Shown in pieces: positions 57,434-64,000 of a stretch of DNA of 64,000 nt. The notes under the pieces are model-generated. The model saw only the letters and a program-made list of their open reading frames with translations. It searched no databases and was not told the DNA's origin. Origin of the DNA: a virus; the IMG/VR virus record IMGVR_UViG_3300044846_000719, positions 32,657 to 96,656 of that record. One strand, written 5' to 3'. Positions within the stretch are counted from its first letter, which is position 1, and every line of letters begins with the position of its first letter. A program made the translations under genes and the position numbers.

Positions 57434-57838
57434 TTATTTTAAGAAAAGCAACTTATATTTTGTAGAATTTATCAAAGATTTGATTTCATCCATAGTATTA
57501 ATGATACTTGAGCAGGTCATCATACCTTGTACATAACCAATTTTATCATATAATGTACGTAAATAATTAATAGCCGCATCTGTAGTTTTAATAGCCGGAA
57601 TAGACATTTCATCAGGATATGGTAAAAGCATTTCTTCTTTACCTTGATACTGTTCAGCTAAACCATCAGCTACTTCAACAATACTATCATAGAATTCACC
57701 CATAGTTACATGAGCAGAATAACTAGTACTTAGTAAGTGAGCAATGTGAATCTTAGTAGATGAATGTAACATCTCATAAATAAGATCTGCCATTGCTTTA
57801 TGTGCACCACCAGAAGGGCGTTGTAATTTTTGTATCAT
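57434..57838 (-). CDS. Ferritin/Dps-like four-helix protein (DUF5856-like)
   Basis: HIAHL..SYSAH...EFYD....DGLAEQYQG and C-terminal DEI..LINSTKYKL. Confidence 0.75.
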   Translation of the reverse strand: MIQKLQRPSGGAHKAMADLIYEMLHSSTKIHIAHLLSTSYSAHVTMGEFYDSIVEVADGLAEQYQGKEEMLLPYPDEMSIPAIKTTDAAINYLRTLYDKIGYVQGMMTCSSIINTMDEIKSLINSTKYKLLFLK

Positions 57839-57843
57839 TTTCT

Positions 57844-58545
57844 TTAATTATTTCTCTCAGCACTTTGTGTACCACGAGCAAACTGATTAACAGACTCAAT
57901 ATCTCCAGCAAGAATACTTGCCGTTTCATCTATTAATAATTCTACTATGTCATCCTTAAACTCACATGTAACATCTACAGCAGATGTTAAACCAGTGTAA
58001 GGATCTACTATACCAGCAATTTGGATATATCTAGGTTTTCTATAATAGGTGAGAGTAGGATTATATACATCAAAATCATTTGCTGTATATATCCGGACCT
58101 TATTACCCATTAATGTACAAAAGGTTTCACCCCACTCATAACTAGGTTTTCTAAACTGATCATCTAATAACTCATCTACATTAGCTTCTTCAGCTAAGTA
58201 TACAGTCATAGTTTCCGGTTTACAGCACTTAGTTTCAGCGGATGTGCTAACTCTTTTATATTCTAAATAATCTGCTGGAAGATCTACACTTTCAAAATAC
58301 AAAGTATTCTGTGTACCAAGTAAAGGGATCTGTAGAAGTAATAATTGTAAATCATCAATCCTTCTTTTAGATCCTTCATCTCCCTCTCTATAAACATTAC
58401 CAGCATGTAATTGTCTTCTAACCCACTCAATCTGAGCCTTATTAAAAGCTTCAATAATTTGCCATCCCTCTAGATTATCATAATCATTAGAGGCCAGTTT
58501 ATTAAGTCTTTGCTTAATTTTTAGTTGTAGTATAGAATTATTCAT
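57844..58545 (-). CDS. Head-tail ring/adaptor protein
   Basis: 233 aa; LNKLASN...AFNKAQ, LPADYL, YYRKP motifs typical of crAss ring proteins. Confidence 0.6.
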   Translation of the reverse strand: MNNSILQLKIKQRLNKLASNDYDNLEGWQIIEAFNKAQIEWVRRQLHAGNVYREGDEGSKRRIDDLQLLLLQIPLLGTQNTLYFESVDLPADYLEYKRVSTSAETKCCKPETMTVYLAEEANVDELLDDQFRKPSYEWGETFCTLMGNKVRIYTANDFDVYNPTLTYYRKPRYIQIAGIVDPYTGLTSAVDVTCEFKDDIVELLIDETASILAGDIESVNQFARGTQSAERNN

Positions 58546-58555
58546 AGATAAATTG

Positions 58556-58578
58556 TAGGGGGATTATTAGTCCCCCTA
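58556..58578. terminator. Hairpin terminator/attenuator
   Basis: taggggga-ttattag-tcccccta directly after the 47-aa ORF. Confidence 0.7.
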
Positions 58579-58582
58579 TAAA

Positions 58583-58726
58583 TTAAGGTTTTTTCTTAAC
58601 CGTCATTTTCTTAACTGTTCCACCCATTTTCATGTAACCACCCATCATAGATGATTCACGTCCAGTTGGGCTACCTTTAGATACAGGTTTAGAAAAATTA
58701 GGCTTGCTTGCTTTTTTTGTTGCCAT
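58583..58726 (-). CDS. 47-aa Lys-rich protein with MMGG/MKMGG motifs
   Basis: Not in ORF track. Manual translation: MATKKASKPNFSKPVSKGSPTGRESSMMGGYMKMGGTVKKMTVKKKP*; A-rich leader TAAACAATC-ATG; fills the gap exactly. Confidence 0.75.
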   Translation of the reverse strand: MATKKASKPNFSKPVSKGSPTGRESSMMGGYMKMGGTVKKMTVKKKP

Positions 58727-58737
58727 GATTGTTTATA

Positions 58738-59748
58738 TTATTTCCAGTGTTGTTCTACTTTGTTAATGATTGCATCAGCTACATCTTGATTAAGAGGGTT
58801 CTTTAAGAACTCTACAATATCACTAGATGTCTTACCTAACATAGTACTGCTTGATAAGTGATAGATAAATCCATCAGACTTAGTAACAATATACTTATAG
58901 GTACCGGCATCTCTTACAATAGCCCGCAATTTTAAAGTGGTCAAATCATTCTCAGAAACATCTAAGAATCTTTCTGCACACTTTTTCTTATCTCTATCTA
59001 CAGTTTCTCCGTTGATATATTTATCCATGTTATCATAGATAATATCATTAGGTGTACTTTTCTTATACTGTGCACTATCAATATCAATAATTTTAGCAAC
59101 ATAAAATAATTTAGTTTGATTCTTATCAAACATTTTCTGTAATTCAGAAAGGGCTTTGTTCCTAATTTTCTTAGTCTCTGTTTTAATAGTAACAGTCTCT
59201 TCCATTTTATCTAAATAAAATTTAGGAGCTTTTGACATTTTTCTAGCTGCATCATAAGATTTAGCAATGATACTAAAACCACCGGCTTCAATAGCATATA
59301 ACTTAATAAGATCATAAGGATCTACAGAAGGATCTAAATAAAGTGGATCATTACCCACTCTAATTACAATCTTACTCCAGAACTCATCATTATCTGGTCT
59401 AAGTAATTTAATTTTATTCCAGAATTCTGCATCATCAGGACTAACAACATTAGCTGCTAAATCTTTTTCTAACTGAGATACAACCTTCCGGATCTCTTTA
59501 ATCTTAGCCTCTCTATCTACATCAGGTAAAAACTTTACATCTGGGGCAAATTCATTAAGCCCGGTAAGGTAACGTTTAATACCATTAATTTCTAGACAAG
59601 CTAGCTGCTCTTCATGGAATACACCATCAAAGAGAGAAAGACCATAAGACTCTAATCCCATGTTACTAACATTAGAATCAAAGTAAGATTTAATACTCAA
59701 TGTACCCTTTTTGTTTTGGGGATACATGTCTACAATTGTTACACTCAT
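58738..59748 (-). CDS. Conserved crAss-like protein usually encoded downstream of the major capsid protein
   Basis: Start probably MSVTIVDMY at 59748; RYLTGLNEFAP, EFWSKIVIR; host-type TATATTTG at 59785-59792. Confidence 0.55.
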   Translation of the reverse strand: MSVTIVDMYPQNKKGTLSIKSYFDSNVSNMGLESYGLSLFDGVFHEEQLACLEINGIKRYLTGLNEFAPDVKFLPDVDREAKIKEIRKVVSQLEKDLAANVVSPDDAEFWNKIKLLRPDNDEFWSKIVIRVGNDPLYLDPSVDPYDLIKLYAIEAGGFSIIAKSYDAARKMSKAPKFYLDKMEETVTIKTETKKIRNKALSELQKMFDKNQTKLFYVAKIIDIDSAQYKKSTPNDIIYDNMDKYINGETVDRDKKKCAERFLDVSENDLTTLKLRAIVRDAGTYKYIVTKSDGFIYHLSSSTMLGKTSSDIVEFLKNPLNQDVADAIINKVEQHWK

Positions 59749-59802
59749 TTGGTTTATATTATTATTTGGTTGGTTTTTATTATTCAAATATACTTATTAT
59801 TA

Positions 59803-61764
59803 TTACATAGTACTATGTGTTACTTTTCTCCAAGCTACACCATCATAAAAACAAGGTTGTAATAAGGTAGTATTGTAAACTTCCAATCCATTTGCTGGAG
59901 ATGCAATAGCGTTTATCTCTGCTGTGGTCATGCGTGGCATTAGGAATCCACGAGTAGTAGAAGTTATAGTAACTTGGGCAGACGCTGGAGGTTGTGCTGT
60001 ATCACCGAAATGAACATAACCATTCAAAGACGTTAAAGAATTGGATGAATTATTATTATTGATAAAAACATTAAACCCAAAACTCGTACCATAACCCGCA
60101 AGAGTCACACTACCACCAGAATTATCTATATTATTTCCAATTACTTGCATTGAAGTACCTAGAAAAATACGCCCATCATCTCTAACAGAAAAATTTGATG
60201 TAAAGGCACTATTCTGCACCAAGAAAGAGGTAGTGGCGGAGGTTGAGCCACTGCCTTGAACTGTTAAACGGGCTGTACCAGTAGTATTTCCTATTAATAC
60301 GTTTCCATTTGCTTTAAATACAACTCTTGAGTCTGTAATAGATGCATTTGTTGCTATAGCATCTCCATTAAGACATAAGTATAAATCGGATCTTCCATAA
60401 GAACCTAAATTTCGTGCTAAAAATAATACCTTTCTTTCAAGCAAACTTGCGGTACTTATATAAAAACCATTGTCTGTGTTATTAGCAGCAGATTGTATAG
60501 TAAACCCACTACCTTTTAGGTAGTTGTCTCCTGTTCCTGTTCCTTGTAAAGTTCCTGAAAGAGATAATGATGTTCCTGATATACTACCATTAACGGTTAA
60601 TGTTGACGTTGGACTACTTGTACCAATACCTACGTTACCTCCGTTAAAAATTACGTTTCCTGCTGTTGTCTCAATAGCTCTTACAGATACCCAATCTGTT
60701 ACAGTTGGGTTAATGTAAAGACCTCTAAGTAAAGTAGCATTAGATAAAGCAGTCTCATTTGTAGATGTAATATTTAATAAGTTTATTGTGCTTAAGTTAA
60801 TATTTCCACGAAATGGTCTTGTTATAGTTACTGTGTCTGCATTATTATTTGAAGATGGAAAAGAAAAAATATGTCCACTATCACTTGAATTATAAGAAGT
60901 TGCACCCTGAGATCCTCCATTAAGTGAAAGTGCTCCTCCTCCTGTTCCACGTGCAATACTAAATTTTTGGTAACCACTTCCGTCTGTAATACGGAACATA
61001 ATATTAGGATCTACTCCCAATTGGATAGTACCACCTGCTGTAGGAACTACAGATACATTACTTCCAAATGCAGAAGTTCTATCATCAAGAATAGTTAAAG
61101 CAGCCGTACCCAAACTATTCTGCACCAACAAAGCTGTAGTAGCTGAAGTAGAACCTTCTCCAACGATTTGTAATTTAGCATTTGAACCAGTAGTTCCAAT
61201 ACTCACTTTACCATCGGGTGCTACTTGTAAACGTGTAGTTTGACCACCGCCATTCCAAGTAACTAATCGCAAACCACCAACTCTGTCTATACCTGTTCCA
61301 CCATAATAACCTAATACTGCAGAACAAACTTGAGAAAAAGGACTATATGTAGAATTGAAATAACCGCCAAAAGATAAACGCCCAATTTCTGCACCAATCG
61401 CCAAATTTACACTACCATTTTTGCGGTATTGGTTAATTTGACCAATAATAGCAGATGTATCTTGTTCAACTAAAATAACAGAACTTATACCTGGATTATT
61501 ATTATAAATATTTAAAGGGACTATTGGAGTAACCGTACCTACACCTAACCTCTTGTTTACATTATCCCAGAATAATCCAGCATCTCCTCCTAGTGCATTG
61601 TTATCATTAAATTGTACATAGCCATTAAGCCCGGCAGGTTGAGCTGAGTTATTGTTTATGTACTCTACAATAGTGTTAAGATGACCAAACTTTGCTACTT
61701 CAAAGTCTTGTGAATTCCTGATAAAAATATCCGGTGATTTTGGTATAAATCTTTCTAATGCCAT
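59803..61764 (-). CDS. Head-fibre-like protein with FxPxSPD...AKFGHLN anchor
   Basis: Shared N-terminus with 62242..63411 and 63419..63844; GNVGIGTSSP fibre repeats; STTRGFLMPRMTT...YDGVAW tip. Confidence 0.65.
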   Translation of the reverse strand: MALERFIPKSPDIFIRNSQDFEVAKFGHLNTIVEYINNNSAQPAGLNGYVQFNDNNALGGDAGLFWDNVNKRLGVGTVTPIVPLNIYNNNPGISSVILVEQDTSAIIGQINQYRKNGSVNLAIGAEIGRLSFGGYFNSTYSPFSQVCSAVLGYYGGTGIDRVGGLRLVTWNGGGQTTRLQVAPDGKVSIGTTGSNAKLQIVGEGSTSATTALLVQNSLGTAALTILDDRTSAFGSNVSVVPTAGGTIQLGVDPNIMFRITDGSGYQKFSIARGTGGGALSLNGGSQGATSYNSSDSGHIFSFPSSNNNADTVTITRPFRGNINLSTINLLNITSTNETALSNATLLRGLYINPTVTDWVSVRAIETTAGNVIFNGGNVGIGTSSPTSTLTVNGSISGTSLSLSGTLQGTGTGDNYLKGSGFTIQSAANNTDNGFYISTASLLERKVLFLARNLGSYGRSDLYLCLNGDAIATNASITDSRVVFKANGNVLIGNTTGTARLTVQGSGSTSATTSFLVQNSAFTSNFSVRDDGRIFLGTSMQVIGNNIDNSGGSVTLAGYGTSFGFNVFINNNNSSNSLTSLNGYVHFGDTAQPPASAQVTITSTTRGFLMPRMTTAEINAIASPANGLEVYNTTLLQPCFYDGVAWRKVTHSTM

Positions 61765-61780
61765 TATCTTATTATTTGTA

Positions 61781-61823
61781 CCCGGTAAGAGTTACGAGCT
61801 CTATTTGCAGGCGTACCACCGGG
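61781..61823 (-). promoter_or_regulatory. GC-rich structured intergenic element
   Basis: Outer stem cccggt/accggg enclosing an inner agag/ctct hairpin, 17 nt upstream of the 653-aa gene. Confidence 0.35.
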
Positions 61824-61832
61824 TTAGTTAAA

Positions 61833-62207
61833 TTATTCAGCAGATTCTACTGGAGCTACATAAGGAGTAACATCCACTTCTTCTACATTACCAGGATAAA
61901 TTGCTTCCAACTGAGCCTGTACAGTATCAACCAAAAGAGCTTCAGCAGGTTTAGTGCTGTAGTCTTCTACTGATAAAGAAAGACCATACATTGCTGGATT
62001 AAAATCAGCAACACCAGATACGGCAGCTTTACCTGATTCAAATGCTTCTACACTAGTGTATACAGCGTTAACGATTTGAGCATTCATGCTACCTTCTTTG
62101 GTAGTGAATACTTGAGCCAATCCTTCAGTAATAACTACTAAAGAACCAGAAGATAAAACAGCACCAGTGTTTAAGTTAACTGGGGCATTAATTTTTAGTG
62201 CTTTCAT
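61833..62207 (-). CDS. Small acidic fibre-associated protein
   Basis: 124 aa, follows a fibre gene; ALKIN..VYTSVEAFESGK pattern resembles 44780..45091. Confidence 0.5.
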   Translation of the reverse strand: MKALKINAPVNLNTGAVLSSGSLVVITEGLAQVFTTKEGSMNAQIVNAVYTSVEAFESGKAAVSGVADFNPAMYGLSLSVEDYSTKPAEALLVDTVQAQLEAIYPGNVEEVDVTPYVAPVESAE

Positions 62208-62241
62208 GTTGTAAATATATTTATTTTTTATTTGTTATTAA

Positions 62242-63411
62242 TTATAAAGTTACCCATGCGCTTCCGTTATAGAAACATGGACGGTTTAAATCTGTATCGT
62301 ATACTTGAAGACCTGCGGCTGGAGTTGCAATTAAATTCTTTTGAGCTGTGGTAACACGAGCATTAAGAAAACCTTTAGTAGTAGTTCTTATTTCTATTGC
62401 TGCGGAAGCATCTGGATTATCAAATCCTGGAGTACCTCCAACTAGTAAAGAATTACCATCTCTTACAACTGTTCTACCACCTGTTAAAATAGTACCTACC
62501 CCACTTACTGTTAAACCATTGTATATATTAGCATTACCATCTAGTCTTAAATTGGTTGTTATATAAGCATTTCCACTTACCAAGAATGTATACCCAAAAG
62601 TATTAGTTCCACCTAAACAAACTTGCCCAGCATCATTTACGTTTAAAGCAGCAGTACCACTACTATTCTGTACTAGAAGAGAGGTAGTAGCTGAGGTTGA
62701 GCCGCTACCACGAACTTGAAGTGTAGCAGAAGGAATATAATCTAAAGCACTTCCAATTCCTACGCCCTCTTTAGTTATACGCATAGGGTTAAAATTAGAC
62801 CCTGTGTTGTTGTACAAAATAAATCTTACGTCACCTTCAACACCTGTTGCAGACGTTGATAATGCCACAGAAGTAATAGATGCTGAACTACTATATGAAG
62901 TTCCGTTATATCCAAAATATCCAACGTTTCCTATAAGGTCACCAACATTTACAACTACAGGAGTATCGTAAGTTCCCCTGCTTTTCATAAATTCTAATTT
63001 CGCAGCACTTGTCGATGCTTGGTTTCTGTAAATTCCAATAGAGGCATCACCTTGTCCAATAACACGTATCTTTTGACCAAAACCTGTAGCATTTACATAA
63101 TTTCCAACTGATAAAATACCTGTTAGATTGGTATTTCCTATAATATCTAATGGGGTAAGGGGAGCAGTTGTTCCAATACCTACCCCAATAGTACTAATTG
63201 ATATAGCACTATTAACACCTGTAGAATCACTAATATATCTAGCAGTTGCTGTAATTGGTCCTGAACCAGCTAATTGTAAACTATCTACTACTACATAAGC
63301 ATTTAAATAATCTACAATATTATTTAAATGACCAAATTTAGCTAAGGTCATTTCCGGATCACTAGTTATATAGGGATCCGGAGATAAGGGTATAAATTTA
63401 TTTAGTGGCAT
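62242..63411 (-). CDS. Head-fibre-like protein with shared anchor
   Basis: MPLNKFIPLSPDPY...AKFGHLN; GVGIGTTAP repeats; tip homologous to the 653-aa paralog. Confidence 0.65.
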   Translation of the reverse strand: MPLNKFIPLSPDPYITSDPEMTLAKFGHLNNIVDYLNAYVVVDSLQLAGSGPITATARYISDSTGVNSAISISTIGVGIGTTAPLTPLDIIGNTNLTGILSVGNYVNATGFGQKIRVIGQGDASIGIYRNQASTSAAKLEFMKSRGTYDTPVVVNVGDLIGNVGYFGYNGTSYSSSASITSVALSTSATGVEGDVRFILYNNTGSNFNPMRITKEGVGIGSALDYIPSATLQVRGSGSTSATTSLLVQNSSGTAALNVNDAGQVCLGGTNTFGYTFLVSGNAYITTNLRLDGNANIYNGLTVSGVGTILTGGRTVVRDGNSLLVGGTPGFDNPDASAAIEIRTTTKGFLNARVTTAQKNLIATPAAGLQVYDTDLNRPCFYNGSAWVTL

Positions 63412-63418
63412 GATTGTA

Positions 63419-63844
63419 TTAATCTAATACTAAGAAGCTAATCTTAAAAATATTATTAAATGCATTACTTGGGTGAACATTATAAATCCGGATTACAAAG
63501 CTACCATTACTGATAGAATCTAATGTAAATACTGGAATACCTGCTCCTACATGTACTGGAGTTAATAATACTTTAGATGCTGCAGTAACCTTACTGTTAT
63601 TTACAGTGAAAGCTACATTAGATCCAGCAGCAGTAGTTGCTGATACAGTAGTAATAACACCTGCATAACTATCAATAGTTACTGCACTGCTAATTCCTAC
63701 AGTTTGTGTTACAACTGCAGTATTACCAGTTACTTTATTAACTTCATCAACAATAGCATTAATGTGACCAAATTTGGCCAATGACATGTCTGAATCATCA
63801 TTCAAAAATGGATCAGGAGATAACGGAGTAAATTTATTAATCAT
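63419..63844 (-). CDS. Short head-fibre/decoration protein with shared anchor
   Basis: MINKFTPLSPDPF...AKFGHIN fused to a single beta-rich domain. Confidence 0.6.
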   Translation of the reverse strand: MINKFTPLSPDPFLNDDSDMSLAKFGHINAIVDEVNKVTGNTAVVTQTVGISSAVTIDSYAGVITTVSATTAAGSNVAFTVNNSKVTAASKVLLTPVHVGAGIPVFTLDSISNGSFVIRIYNVHPSNAFNNIFKISFLVLD

Positions 63845-63860
63845 TTTATTTATTATTTAT

Positions 63861-64000
63861 TTATGCCCAAGGTAAAGGAGTGTTTTCTGGAGATACAGGA
63901 GGGTTTTTCTGAGAGGCAATCTGTCCATCAATGCAAGCAGTGATAGAGATAATACCATTCTCACCCAATTCTTCTTGAATCCATCCAAGAACAATCTCTT
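63861..64000 (-). CDS. Fibre-associated small protein, C-terminal part (partial)
   Basis: Manual translation ...EIVLGWIQEELGENGIISITACIDGQIASQKNPPVSPENTPLPWA*; VLGW...LPW ending is typical of small genes that follow phage fibres. Confidence 0.6.
   Translation of the reverse strand, partial: EIVLGWIQEELGENGIISITACIDGQIASQKNPPVSPENTPLPWA

Noticed and set aside
61781-61823. tRNA gene
   Set aside because: Only ~45 nt, with no cloverleaf and no TTCRA T-loop.
1116-62566. Many short plus-strand and off-frame ORFs in the ORF track (e.g. 5642..5986, 17099..17479, 54154..54777)
   Set aside because: They lie antisense to or inside long, motif-supported minus-strand genes and read as shadow translations.
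1-64000. Active stop-codon reassignment as in some crAss-like phages
   Set aside because: Genes up to 14 kb are uninterrupted under the standard code and tile the window almost completely.

Overview
This 64-kb window is the virion-structure and DNA-injection arm of a crAss-like phage (order Crassvirales). The host is most likely a non-gut Bacteroidota, judged from TAnnTTTG promoters, A-rich leaders without Shine-Dalgarno sites and an AT-rich sequence. Standard genetic code fits, and almost every gene is on the minus strand. Reading in transcription order (right to left): paralogous head-fibre-like genes with a shared N-terminal anchor; the conserved gene that usually follows the major capsid protein (the MCP itself is not in the window); ring/adaptor proteins; a ferritin-like DUF5856-type gene; Cys-rich and FN3 structural genes; three repeat-rich fibres with small chaperone-like genes; a metallophosphoesterase; an IHF-like gene; tail ring proteins; an endonuclease VII-type homing endonuclease; the tail stabilisation/muzzle protein; four putative cargo proteins; a 4687-aa virion RNA polymerase (GADFDIDK) fused to a zincin motif; a 1763-aa nuclease-containing cargo protein; and a lysis cassette (holin, GIY-YIG homing endonuclease, YkuD-like endolysin candidate, secreted HExxH protein, secreted cohesin-like protein). 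The most striking unexplained structure is a di-glycine linker grammar ([MYFWA]-x-x-GG and GGWL[DNS][QKE][YF]). It cuts three adjacent cargo ORFs into interchangeable modules and also appears in a 47-aa basic protein missed by the ORF track. Other leads are a candidate ~65-nt sRNA whose loop is complementary to AAACCAA leaders, two promoter classes, and a lone plus-strand 51-aa membrane ORF next to the holin. All family assignments come from motif recognition by eye, not from database searches.
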